Positions 1-35,760 of a DNA stretch of 64,000 nt are shown here, in pieces. The stretch spans positions 10,351,962-10,415,961 of the forward strand of contig CAVNZM010000007.1 in assembly GCA_963693365.1 (NCBI GenBank). The letters run 5' to 3'. Made by a program: the position numbers and the translations under genes. Source of the DNA: Amoebidium appalachense. Taxonomy: Eukaryota; Protista; Ichthyosporea. Below the pieces are notes generated by a model. The model saw nothing but the letters and a program-made list of their open reading frames with translations. It did not search any database and was not told the origin of the DNA. Position 1 is the first letter of the stretch. Each line of letters opens with the position of its first letter.

Positions 1-9
1 ATACGGTAC

Positions 10-330
10 ACCAATGGAAATACTGGATCTATGCTAACCATGAAAGGTTAGTCTGGTGGCTCGTAATTCTATGATTGGATGTTCATCGACCAATCGCACA
101 GCGGCAGACCCTCGAAAAATCACCCGATAGATCCCCTTAAAAGCAAGGTCCGTATCTACCATTTTAGCGTTTGGGCGGTGAGCCACATTGGTGACGTCAA
201 TTTGTTAACAATTTCCACGCAGCCGTTTAGGTGCCCAGAACATGGCGCGAAAATGGCCCGGCTTTTTCAGATGTCGACATAGGCTAGTCTCGGTATTTGA
301 CACAAATTTACGACGTCCACTGATTGGTCA
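10..330. promoter_or_regulatory. Promoter-like motif cluster (CCAAT boxes, CRE TGACGTCA, E2F-like TTTCGCGCC), probably for a gene left of the window
   Basis: CCAAT/ATTGG at ~11, ~73, ~91 and ~323; tgacgtca at 192-199; ggcgcgaaaa at ~244-253; repeat-free and CpG-rich. Confidence 0.4.
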
Positions 331-430
331 GAGCCATCTGAGAAATGTGGCTCACGGATGCTCTTCGGCCGACGCTAAAATGGTAGATACGGAATTTGGT
401 TTAAGCGTGCAGGCAGAAGACACTGGAGGG

Positions 431-13209
<12,779 letters not shown>

Positions 13210-13299
13210 ATTGCTCCACAGGTTAACAAAACAGTTTTCATACCCCTTTTCTTATAATAGCACACAAACAATACCATGAGATGAACAACAAAAAAATTC

Positions 13300-13520
13300 T
13301 CAGACCAGTTTGAACGTGCTCTTTGCCGCGAAGCCAGGTTTGACGTTCTGCGGCGTGCGCAACTGTCGCAGTGTAAGTTTGATTTGGGCGGTAACGGTCA
13401 AACGGATGTGTGGCGCCAAAACATCAAAGAAACCAATCGTAATCGGGCATCGCTAACCAATCGCAGTAGGCTATGTGAATTCCTGCCAAACGTGACCGCG
13501 TGACCTCGAGTGCCGCTCGG
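13300..13520 (-). promoter_or_regulatory. Putative promoter of the BAZ-like gene with E2F and CCAAT motifs
   Basis: tttgccgc at 13322-13329; tggcgccaaa at 13411-13420 (TTTGGCGC on -); CCAAT at 13433 and 13457; lies ~100-250 bp upstream of ATG 13209. Confidence 0.5.
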
Positions 13521-14370
13521 CGCCGGCAAGTAGTGTACAATCACTCAATACGGGGCAATGGGGCATGTAGTATTTTTATCGAATAAGTATATATATATAT
13601 ATATATATATGTTACTAACTTTGACGTGCTATTTCAGTAAACTTATCTTTATGGAGCTCAGCTATGCAACTTTATTCAAGGTTGCGGATAAGCGGTTGCT
13701 ATTTGAGTAGCCAATGGGAAAGATGATAAACTTAATCGCTGATTAAATTCGCTATGGAGAGGGAAGCAAATGTAAGATAGACTCGCTGTGTATGTACATC
13801 TGACTGTATGTAGGCACTTTCAGCAGCTAACCACCAACAGATAATTACTTAGCAAATGCAAATATAAGTTATAAACTTTATGTGTGATTAATATCATACA
13901 TTAGTCAATTACCCTGGCAGCCAGTCTCTCGATATGCACCCTGTAGTTCAACTGACGTGATGCCAAGAATAACACCTGTAACGTCATTATTGCATAATGC
14001 TTTTACCCCTCTCTAGCCCTTCAATCGGAAAAACCACTGCTTGCGTGCTTTTTTTTGCTGCTGCAGCTGTGACTGGGGCTGAGTGGGGCACCAATACCAT
14101 GTCCGTGTCACTGTATTTCTGTGTTTCTGTGTTGTCTCCCCTACAATAGCTGACTGGCACCTCAGTGGCACGCCGCAGACCGACCACTCGATACATCTCA
14201 ACACTGCCAACAACTTTTAGTTTTGTAGAGGTGTACTGAATTTGTGGAAGGGTGTCTTGGTCGTCGCGATCGTGTGGCTTTTTGGTGTACCAGTGTAGTC
14301 GGCGTTGGCTTGTTGTTGAGAAGTGAATACAGTTGACTGTCTGGGAAAGGCTCCCACACTCAAAGCCATT

Positions 14371-15939
14371 ATGCCACCCAACGTGTCACCCAAGCACCGA
14401 AGGGCTATCAGACGGGTGAACGAGAGAGATTCATCTGAGTCACCTGAGCCTTTTCTTAAACACAAGGAGCTGACGCCACTCGAACCCGTTCAGATTGCCT
14501 CCTCTAAGCCCGAACCAAAACAGGCTCGTGAGGATGGTCCCATCACTGTTGTTGTGGCTGCACTTGGGGCTATGGCGGCTCATAGTTTTGTAGCCGGGTC
14601 ACCGCTTGAGCCCTTGCAGTCGCTGTTTGGCTGGACGCAGCTGTACTGGATGCTGGGCCGGTTTGTGGTGCACTTTGCCACCGTGCAAGTAATCAACCAC
14701 TTCATCACGTAAGATCCCCCCTTCTTCTGTCACCTTCCCCCCCCCCCCCCCCCCCCCCCCGCCTCTCCCCTCTGTCTCCATATATCTTACTTATCTTGCT
14801 ATCCGCGCTCTGTGCTGTCCTTAAATAGTCTAGGCACCCTTCATACTCTGCTTTGTATATATTGAGAAAAGATGCTAAAATGAACTTCAAAGCTTGCCAC
14901 GTATCCACTCTGATCGGGTGATAACATTCCTCAGTGGTCCCGGGGTCAATCTTGCTTTCCGAAGGGCTGCGACCCAGAGGATAGCTAGGGCGCTGGTGGC
15001 CGGTATTATCCCCTTCGGCTGCCTGGCTGCCATGTACAACAACCCGAGCCTGCTGACTGACCCCATCACCACGTTTCCCTCCGAGGGCGAGTACTGGGTC
15101 CAGGTAACTGAACCACTGTCCACCCACTGCTAACCTGGGGGTTAGGGCACTGGCAGGGCAGGACGTGATATGGGAAAGCAGACAGGGAAGGTTTATGAAA
15201 CGCAAGAGACAGGGTTGGGTTGGAAACTGTGTCGTTGCCCTGTGAGTGTTAGTTACCGCTTCTGTACCTGCTGTGGCATGTGTGTTCTAGTTAGGTGTCT
15301 AAAGTGCTTCTTCCAACTGTCACGGTGTGCTCATTGTGTAAAACCTGTTCTGAAACCAGTGTGTTTGGCTGCAGGCTGCTTTTGGCTATTTCTGGGGCGA
15401 CCTCTTTGAGCTGTGGTACTCTGCACGCTACCACGGGCTGCCGGCGCAGTTCGACCTTGTTCTGCATCACATCATGGGTCTGTTGATGTTTTCTGCGCCA
15501 GCACACCAACACCTGCTGGGTGGCCTGTGTGTGCTGGCACTGGTTGGGGAGAGTATGGTGTGGGTGTCAGCGTCTATCTTCTTGCTTCGCCTGCTGCAGA
15601 AAAACGGCACGGTCACGAACGAGGTACGTGTACATGGATGCCTCACATCTTATAGGGTATTCAACTGCTTATAAATACACACAGCAAGAATATATACCTC
15701 AGCTGGCTTTCATGCAACAGACGCCCTCCTGATACCTTTGCAGCAAAGTGGTTGCAGACGAGTCCACGACAAAGATTTGGGCATTGGTTCACAGGTGTCA
15801 CTTGTGATGGGGTTAACATCTTGTAGTTGGCATCTCCTGGGTTAGGATGTCATATGTTCATGCATATGCCTATGGTGTGTGCGTGCAGGGGTGGAGCAGT
15901 GCAAGCTCAGGAGTGTGTGTGTGTGTAGGGAGGGGCACG

Positions 15940-15976
<37 letters not shown>

Positions 15977-16465
15977 GAGAGAGAGAAGACTGCTAGTTAG
16001 TGTGTGCAAGCCCACACTGGCCACATGCACACGTACTGTACACAAGCCCTATTCCATGTACATATGTTTGGAAGGGAAAGCTTTGCATGGTGGCAGCACG
16101 TGAGCACACTTGATACACATTACTGTACACCACACACACAAAAACACACACAGGGATACGTGCACGCACACACATGCGTTTAGGGTTGTTTGTGCGGAAG
16201 ACTTTACGACACACCGGTGTTATTGGTTTGTGTCCACAAAGCATGCTAGAGGACGCACACGTATTTAATGGGTTTCGAGTTTTGTGGGTCTGTCAGTTTG
16301 ACTTTCGTGTGGACACACATGCCACCTTAGTAGACGTTATGTGTGTTTGCCTCGTGGTGTCGTATCTCACTGGTGTCTATACATTCTCTTCAATACCTGG
16401 CAATCCTCAAGTTCGTTGTGTATGTGCCCACGAGCCTCCCCCCCCCCCCCCCCCCCCCCCCCCTT

Positions 16466-16496
<31 letters not shown>

Positions 16497-17012
16497 TTGT
16501 GTGAATGTGTGAGCTTGGGTGTGTGTGTGCGTGTGGGGGGGGGGTGTTTGAGGGGGGACGAGGGGGGGTTATAGCTATTTGTTTTTACTTTTATTTTATT
16601 TTATTTTATTTTTTTTTTGGGGGGGGGGTTACTTGCACCGATTGTACCTACTAAAAAGCACGCAGCTTTTCACACACACACTGCTTGCCTGTTATACGTT
16701 CACGCACAGAAGCTCCCACACCCACACATTCGCGAGCACACGCGGGCGCGCGCGCACACGCACACACACACACAATCACACAATCACACATAACCACACA
16801 CGTTTCACCCTGCGTAAACACTATTCCAGCACAGTGGAAGAGTACAACACATGCCCCCCTCCTCGCCCTGTGACCCCCCCCCCCCCCCATCCCTCCCCCC
16901 CTCCCCCCCACAAGCACACAAACACACATATACACACACACACCCTCTTCATCCCATGACACCCAACTTCACCCAACGGTGCTATGCAACCTGGTCTCTG
17001 TTTGCACGTGAT

Positions 17013-17084
<72 letters not shown>

Positions 17085-17449
17085 CCTGGCCTGAGAGGTG
17101 TATGCTAACTACTTTTCCCGCCACCTCTCAGGATCTGAGCAACCGCATCCTCAAGGGCCTTGAGATGGTGCGCATCGGCATGATTCTGTCTATGCGCATG
17201 CCCACGTGGATATTTGACACTTACAAGATCCTTGCATACCGCAACGACATCAGTTCTACGCTGCTCTGTGCAGGCTTGTGTGGTGCGGGGTTTATTCTTC
17301 TGATGGACACTTACTGGCTGACACGAATGCTCCAGAACGTTTTTAGCCAAAGGGGATCACTCTCGGGTATTGACATTGACAACAAGGCACCGGCACCAAA
17401 ACCGGTTGAGAGAGTTTCGTTGAAGACCCTGACGGCGGGCACGCAGTAG
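14371..17449 (+). CDS. TLC (TRAM/LAG1/CLN8) domain multi-pass membrane protein, 4 exons
   Basis: Exons ~14371-14708, ~14936-15103, ~15375-15623, ~17132-17449 join in frame at GT-AG sites. Motifs GYFWGDL...VLHH...GES and late MDTYWL, plus hydrophobic segments, are typical of TLC proteins. Confidence 0.8.
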
Positions 17450-18090
17450 TGCAAGCAGTGTCATATTTGAAAGGAAATGGACTGGACCAGCGCTGATTGT
17501 TTCAGAGTTGCATTTGGTCAGGTGTTTGTTACGAAGGACTTTTTACTCTTGGGCTGTTCGTCGTCCTGCTCATATGGGGGGGTGAGGGGGGGGGGGGGGG
17601 GGAGGGGGGGGGGGGGAGGATTAAACACGTTTCTTGCTAGTTCATAACCAGAGTTGAGTATTGGGTTGGATAGAATGTACATCGATAATGTCTGTGTTTT
17701 GTACTCCGTATGTATGCAATATGACAACGTGCTCGGCAGTTTATGGTGGTCGTAATGCATTGTCGCTGTGTTTTGCAACTATCTTGGCCACGTCTAACGA
17801 GATATCGAAATATGAAGAAGTAAGTTTCGCAACTCTAGCTACTGTACACAATCCGAACACTTTTTCTAGACCGATTCAAACGTCATTATGCACGGAATGT
17901 CATTTTACAAGTCACGAACATATATAGCCTGTTGCCCTCGATGATCATCCCACTTGCACGCATTCACGCCAAAAAATAAATAAAGGTTGATGCAGCTATA
18001 CCATTCATAGTTTCACACGTACACCTGGTGGTGTTGTCACAGTGAGAACAAGTATACACGCGTACGTACATGCCATCGGCACCGGGGCAG

Positions 18091-18127
<37 letters not shown>

Positions 18128-18399
18128 AGGCGGCAGTCCTGCAGCGCTCGGAACTCAAGCTGGCTGAAAGCCCGTACTTACAACAGCAACTGTTGAACTG
18201 GAAATATTCATAACTTCTTGCATGCTGCCAGGCTGCACGCAAGCGCGCAGTACTTGCGACCCTTGAGAGGCCCTTACATGTACCTCTCCGAGTCCAAATC
18301 GGAGATAGTTCCGTGTTACTACAGTAGTACTAGGGCGGGAGAGTAGAGAGGAACTAATATTAGTGTGGTCTCCGGGGAGGAGGGGAGGGGGGGGGATGA

Positions 18400-19170
<771 letters not shown>

Positions 19171-19684
19171 CCTCGGGGGGCGGGGGGGGGGGGGGGTCTG
19201 AGAGCGAGGTCAGCACAGAAATACAATACTACATACCGGATCATGTGAGAGTACAATATGTTGCACTGCACACTGTATTGATTGTACGTACCGTACATGT
19301 TGCGCACCACACACGCGCACGCACACAACAATTTTTTTTTATTTTTTTATTTTATCACGTTTTGTTCCCGGAGGGCCTTTTCAGGCCCTCTAGGGAAACT
19401 ACCGTCTACCACATAGCACCGACAGTACACTAGTTAAGGTGCTATCTATGAGTTCAGCTAAGCTAAACCATCCTTCACAACCTAACTATAAGTGCACACT
19501 TTGCCCAGGGCTACTACCCCAGCCACGCCGGCAGGAGGCTCCAGTCCTCCCCTCCATTCAAAACCTAGCAATAAACGTTAACCGAGGGCTCTCATTGGTC
19601 GATCTACAGTATTGGGAAGTCCTAAGTGTTGTGGATAGTATTTACGGTGGGTATGGGTGGATGGTGGGGTGTGGTGGTGGTGGT

Positions 19685-19728
<44 letters not shown>

Positions 19729-20484
19729 GCTGCCTAACATTATGTGTTGTTGTACGTATGCTGTGGCGATATTTTTGTGGACTAAAAGGTGGGTTTTACA
19801 GGGCACACTGGGTCTGTGTGTGTTCCGGCAGTCAGAACAGGCTGGCCGGGTGTGTGTGGGGGGTGTATTTGTTGGTGTCTTGGGTTTTGGGGGAGCCATA
19901 CTTTTTTTTTTTTACGGGTTGTGGGTATATGGTGGTGTTTTTGCAATTTGGGGTGGGTGGGGGGGAGTGTTGTGTTCCGTGGGTGCCAAATTTTTGAAAA
20001 GAAAAAGGACTGCAACTCTACTGTGATTTTTCCTACGATGGCCCGGGTGGTGGTCTTGGTGGTGCTGGTGGCTGCAAGTGGTGGGCCCACCGATCGTAAG
20101 CAGATTCCCCGTTCGACCCACTTGATGTCTTCGGGGTCTGGTGGGTCACCGTTGCCTCCCATCCAGTTTATCCATGCACATTGGTCTACCACCGTGGCTG
20201 CCGTATGGTGGTGCTGTGCCGTGGGGGTGTTTGGATGACGAGTGTGCAGGACGTTGTGGATGCAGGCTGCGCACGCACACAACAACACACACACAGTTAC
20301 AGGGGTACACACACACACACACGCACACACACACACACACGTACACGCAAGTGTACCCCCCCCTACAGACAGCACACAAACACACACACACACAACACAT
20401 GTCCGACAGTGCACAGTGCTGCCATGACAGCTCGCAAATTTTGGCTATATTTAGCATAATGAGGCTGCCCAGGGATCATCGCAC

Positions 20485-21190
20485 TTTATTGGCCGCTCCC
20501 TCTGGCCAATCCGGGAACACAACATGTGCCCCATATGCATGATATGTACATCATAATACGGACGAGAGCTACCCCTTAATATTAATGGTACCTACTACGT
20601 ATACACAGCCACGGCCGCTAAAGCCACACACCTTACAGATCTAGACACAGTATCTAAGACAAACATATTGCACTAACGGTTTGTGTATGCGGGTGCTTGC
20701 GTTAAATGTGGTGGAGATGCGTGTTTTGTGTTGTGCGTTTATGAAAAGCGGTCTATGCGTGTGTGTAGGAGGGGAGTGTCGTGAAGGTTGGGATGGGGTG
20801 GGAGTTTAGTGCATTAAAGTCTTAAAGGCACGAATCAGAGAGATTTTGGAGGGTTTGGGGAAAAGGTGGAGGTCAGGGGGGCGGGGGAGTGAGAAGTGGT
20901 GACGGAACAGTGGGTGATTGGGTGCACTGCGTTGTAGGCGTTCGATGTGAAAGTAATAGCGAAGTGCGAGTGTGTGCATGCGATGTGTGGGTTGTGTGAG
21001 TGCAAAGATACATTGTCAATCAAATAACCGATATGGGGGAAGGGGATACCACTACCAACTAAAAACTTAATAACCTCTCCATACTGAAAAGAAATTAAAG
21101 GTTTAAGGGCTTCCGGATATACGACGGCAGGGGCTAAGGCTAAAAGGGGCAAACCATATTCACATAAAGGACGAACATGGGTGAGATGTA
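20485..21190 (-). mobile_element. Possible degenerate 3' fragment of a non-LTR retrotransposon (LINE ORF2 C-terminus)
   Basis: The minus frame reads HVRPLCEYGLPLL...LKPLISFQYGEVIKFLVG, resembling the post-RT VRPxLEYG...LxxLxxxQ...G pattern of LINE ORF2. A hairpin (attggcc/ggccaat) and AATAAA follow near 20485-20510. No RT core is present. Confidence 0.35.
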
Positions 21191-22121
21191 CCGTCGAGCA
21201 CGGATCCGAGTGAAGGATGAAGCTTCGAAATATGAACTTCGGGCCGGCAGCAGCTAGGCTTGCCCCTGAAACCTCGAAAAAATCCCTAAATTTTGGGTTA
21301 GGTCCACCAATTTTTCAACCAGTGGCTCTACAATGCAGCCAGAACTATAAAAAATACCCACATAAATCCAACGGATCCGTTGGTGGCTCTAGAGGAAATT
21401 GTTCTAAAGAAACTTTTGGCACGACGGTTGACCGTCACCATGCCAGCCAAAAGCGAATTTCGCACCCTGCCTGACAGGCGGCCTGCTTTTTATTGGATTT
21501 GTGCAGAAGGCCCCGGCGATTGGTTGAACTCCCTACAACGTCTCTCCCTAGAAATTGCCAACCTGCTAGGGGTACGCCGTCCTTGGAACCAGCCGAGCGT
21601 AATCCTTTTTATGAAGAGTTTAGTCAGCCAAAAATACTAAAAAGTTAGGCATTTTATATAAAGATACATCAACTCATATTGCAGTTGGCTTCTCAAGGCG
21701 AGTCTCTTTGCAGCCGGGTATGCTGTATGTACCGGTCCCAAACATCCTGGACTCTAGGGAGAGATTGAGCCTTTTCATGATTGGGTGCAATGTCGGTAGC
21801 AGCTAGATGAACATAGAGGTTACTGATTGGTGTACAGTAATGTACTTCCCTTATATTATATACTAGTTATAGCTTTCATATGCTAGGAAAATGTATTGTT
21901 TAGTATTAGAATGCATAAAAAAGAGATAATTAATAAGATTTTGACACCAAGGCAACCATACCTCCACCCAACAAAGTATATTTTTCTACTAGTTATTAAC
22001 TATACTTTAACGTTACAAATGTTACGTTTTTGGTTAGATGAATATCATTGCTCCTAATAAAACATACAAATTCCGTGGCTAAAATTGGCCATCATAAAAT
22101 TACATTTGTCTGCATGTCACA

Positions 22122-22447
22122 CAGGGTTCGAAGGACGGTGGAGCCCATTAACGGAAGTCGAAATCCCGTTTCGGAAAACCTCTTCGAAAATCGGAATGCT
22201 CCGTCGGAGCAGGCCCACCAAAAATCGTAATCATGGCGCATCAGTAAACTAGGGCATGCTTATTTGTGCCTATATTGCATCAAAATGTGATTATAATGCA
22301 TACTCAAAAACCCCTGTGGTTATTAGAGGCCTTCCTGGTGTTGGCAGTTGAAGCTTTGAAGGAATAAATGGGAAATATGAAGTGCATTAATGCACAATAT
22401 ATATATACATTTTGTCTCCGTATTTAAAAATTCTGGGGGAGGGAAGG

Positions 22448-22491
<44 letters not shown>

Positions 22492-22790
22492 GAGTTGAGG
22501 CAGCAACATGGGAAGCTCAGGCAGAAATCGAATGTTTGGGGGGGAGCTCGAGAGGGGGGGGGGGGGGGGGGAGGGGAAGAAAATCAGGTTGGGTGGTTGT
22601 GTCTGTGTTTGTGTGTGTGTGAGTATTTTTCTTTGCAATTGTGTGTGTGTGTGTGTGGTGGGTATGTATACACGGTGTGTGTGTCTGTGTGTATGTGTAC
22701 AGGTGTGGGTGTGTGCATTTGTGTCAGCGGTAATCGGTGTGTGTGTGTCTATGTTGTGTGCATATGTGCACATGTGCACGTGTGTGTGTG

Positions 22791-22821
<31 letters not shown>

Positions 22822-23022
22822 TCATGACATTGTGTGCATGTGTATGTGTGTTTTGTGTCAACGGTTATGGTGTGTGTGTATGTATGTACAGTGTGTGTAT
22901 GTATGTGTGTGTGTGCGCAGTGTGGTGTGTATGTATGCATGCGCAGGGTGTACACATGTGTGTGTCTGTGTATGTGTGTACATGCCAGTGTGGGTGTGCG
23001 TGTTTGTACCAACGGTTTCTTG

Positions 23023-23057
<35 letters not shown>

Positions 23058-23108
23058 GCCACGGAGTGTGTGTGCGTGCGCCGTGTACATGGTGTGTGTG
23101 TGAAGTGT

Positions 23109-23175
<67 letters not shown>

Positions 23176-23548
23176 GGTGCATAGCATGTGATTGAACAGG
23201 GTGGATGCATGTGCACGTTTGTAATACAGTTATCATGATCTGAGATAGTATGTGCCTGTGCACGTGTACTAGCCTAGGTCACATGATTGTGTGGTGTCAC
23301 GGCTGTGTATGTATGTGCATGTGTGTCTTTGAACGGAACACAGTGGTGCACAGTGTGTGTATCGCCTGCCATTGAAGACGCGTGCCACTGATCGTGATAC
23401 ACGTGGCACCTGCACCTGGTGGCCGTCGACTCTGAGCATCTAGATCCATTCCATGTTTAGGCCTTCCTGGTACAGGGGGAATGGGGGGGGGGGGGGGGAG
23501 GGGAGTACTAGTGGGGGGGGGGGAGGGAGGGATCCGCCTGAGAGGGGG

Positions 23549-23584
<36 letters not shown>

Positions 23585-23718
23585 GAGGCCAGAGCGGCGG
23601 TGGGGGAGAAGGAGGGGCAGGAGGGGCTCTGGGACGTTCCGATTCGGCCGGGACGATTTTCGGAACTGTGTTTTCAAATATCGGAAATTCCGATTTTTTT
23701 TCGTAACTTCGAACCCTG
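22122..23718. mobile_element. Non-autonomous hAT-superfamily DNA transposon (1597 bp)
   Basis: Perfect 12-bp TIR CAGGGTTCGAAG (22122-22133 / 23707-23718); perfect 8-bp TSD ATGTCACA (22114-22121, 23719-23726); subterminal TCGGAA repeats at both ends; no transposase ORF. Confidence 0.92.
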
Positions 23719-24105
23719 ATGTCACAGCATGTGGCCGTCGAGTCAATCCCATAACTCGGCGAGTTTTGGGATTTATGCTTGTTCACACTTTGCCAATGCG
23801 GGTCTGGTGTCAAGCTTGGTGAGTGTTGCCACCTCTGCGCTACTTATGTTCTTGCTCACCAGTTCTTGCTAACCAGTTGAGTCTAGCTGTAGGACGGCCA
23901 AGTTCACAATGAGACTTTATTAATAATAATTGCATTCATCTACCTTCGGGCCAGGCTGTGATCGCGAGTGAACCCTTTTGCAGAAACGGTACACGTTTCT
24001 AACTTGCTTGCATCACACCCTGGATGATGTAGTATCATCACTCTTTTCCACGACCGTAAATGCTGTTACTAACCGACCCCCATCTTTCTAGAGCTGTGAT
24101 CAAAC

Positions 24106-30018
<5,913 letters not shown>

Positions 30019-30760
30019 AGGATCCACAGTGATCGTGTGGGGTGAGTCGGCGATGTGTAAGTTTTAGGAACATTTTAGTAGTGACCTCTCCTTGCAGACT
30101 GGCCTGGTGCCTGCTAAAAGCTAATCGTTCAGGGCCGACTTAGCCCTGCTATTGTAATTATTTTGTCATCGAGCAAGTTGACCTTGCCTTGTTTATTTAT
30201 CAGAATTATGTGCCCCAACCTGGGCTGGGCTCTGCACAGCACGTAGTAGTGCTGGCTGCAAGGAGCATGGCATAACAGAAATAAACTGTTTAGCAGTGCT
30301 CATATTGCAGCACGGTATGCCTATTTTGTCTAAAAAAAACATGTTGCAAAAAGCCATGGATAAGCTTTGCAGGCATTGTGTTGCAAAAAGCCATGGATAA
30401 GCTTTGCAGGCATTAACATCATCACCTGGGCTGGGCCCGAATACCGTGGCGTGTCAGACCGGTGCTTGCGAATACCACGGTGTACAGATGGTCATGCTTG
30501 CTAACGGTACAAAGGCCAGTGCGCGTTCCCCCTCGCCTCTTCACCCGCCACCTTCTACTGACTGTGAGCTATATCTGTCAGCCCTAGTGTCCGCGTGGTG
30601 TTGCCGCCATCAAAAAGCACCAAGAATGCTACGGGACGTTCATCATAGCGTGACAGGCCACCTCGTCACACTGCAAACTAACAAATGGAGGCTCAACAGG
30701 CTCAACCTCTCTCTCTAAATGTACACATCTGCTCTCTCTCGCTCATCCCTCTTGCCCCCC

Positions 30761-30797
<37 letters not shown>

Positions 30798-31616
30798 AGC
30801 CTCTCCCTATCAAGAATTTCTCAGGCTCTCTCTTTCCCCCTCCCGATTCCTCACTCTCTCCCTCTTTCTTTCACTCTGCATATATTGTTCACCAAGCACA
30901 GCACCGGAAGTAAAAAGGAAAAAACAGTCACGGTGAAGTTGCCTCAAGCCTTGTGCGCTCAGCCAGAGACTGAGGTGGCACTGGCATTGGCAACCGTCGC
31001 ATTCCAATGGGTGCGAGCCACATATTTTTCCATCTGCACCAATCAGCACGCAGCAATCTTAGTGAGTCTGCATTCCTACGTAATGACCACCTTTGTACCA
31101 GCACGGTGAGTCGGTGACCAGCTGCACACAGAACTGATCAGTCTCAAGGTGTCTCACACCGTGCTGGATTAGAAGGAAGCTTTGTGTTAGCCTTTCTTAG
31201 TGACGGGGTATTGCAAAAGTAAGCAAACAAAAAATAAGGTGGAACGTGGGTTTGCAAACGGAGAGTGAGGAGAGCTTTGTACGGCCCAGTTGCCAAAGAT
31301 TTGCAGTCGAGAGAGGCTGCGTTCACGCGAAGCCGAGAGAAAACTGGAGCTACACTGAGCGCTTGTAAAAGCCCAACACCTCAGCTGACGAGGTAATGCC
31401 GGTGTATAGTGAAGCGTTATTGTTTTATGCTGTATATAGGTGAAGTGATATAAAGGGAAAGCAGCAAACTTGAAGAGGAAGTATACAACACTGCTTGCCA
31501 AACGGTGGTGGTGGTGGAGAGTTTAAGGGGTTGCTGTTTGTTGTGACTTAGCACAGAATCATACTAGGCTAATTTTCTGACGTCCAGCTTTTACGCAACA
31601 GACCTACGAGAAGAAA

Positions 31617-35037
<3,421 letters not shown>

Positions 35038-35191
35038 GCCCCATGCATGAATGACAAAATAAACACACGTCTTTTGTAACCCCTTGGGGTCTTCAGGTTG
35101 TCGCGATCGTTGGTTACGAGCAGTGGTTTGTGTGTGTGTGGAGAGCATGTGTGTGTGTGCATTGCATTGAGGTGCTCGTGCAGGTGCCTGT

Positions 35192-35760
35192 TGTCGTGTC
35201 CGGCTCGCGGTCGCTCTTTTGGGAGCTTGGCTTACTGTTACTATGTGGCGGGCTGGTGTACGTCATTGAAAGGCGCAACCATTTATTGTGCCAGATCACC
35301 ATTACCGGCAATCATTCCCCAGATGAACTGACCTACCGAATTGCTTTTATACCAAAGCAATTTCGTAGCCGTGATTGTGGGACAGGAATGCCATCCAGCC
35401 TCACCAATCAAAAACCAGATCGGTGAGCCACATAACAATCCCCTCCCGCAAAGGACAAGCTAGAGTCTCCTGACTCGACTCCATGGGCACGAAAGACCCA
35501 GCGGGGGTGTAGCTTGTCGTGTCCGGCTCGCGGTCGCTCTTTTGGGAGCTTGGCTTACTGTTACTATGTGGCGGGCTGGTGTACGTCATTGAAAGGCGCA
35601 ACCATTTATTGTGCCAGATCACCATTACCGGCAATCATTCCCCAGATGAACTGACCTACCGAATTGCTTTTATACCAAAGCAATTTCGTAGCCGTGATTG
35701 TGGGACAGGAATGCCATCCAGCCTCACCAATCAAAAACCAGATCGGTGAGCCACATAACA
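35192..35760 (-). mobile_element. TRIM (terminal-repeat retrotransposon in miniature), 569 bp
   Basis: Two identical 246-bp LTRs (35192-35437, 35515-35760) with TG...CA ends; 77-bp internal region; perfect 5-bp TSD CCTGT (35187-35191, 35761-35765). On the minus strand each LTR has ATTGG, TATAAAA and AATAAA in order, and a PPT gcgggaggggat abuts the 3' LTR. Confidence 0.95.

Noticed and set aside
13987-14213. Small ORFs between the BAZ-like and TLC genes
   Set aside because: No recognisable motif or splice structure; probably promoter or UTR sequence.
35438-35514. Retrozyme (hammerhead-bearing TRIM)
   Set aside because: ctga and gaaa occur, but there is no CTGANGA core on either strand of the LTR or internal region.
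35130-35749. Duplicated small protein gene (SGSRSLFWELG...)
   Set aside because: These ORFs are the two TRIM LTRs; no coding signature.
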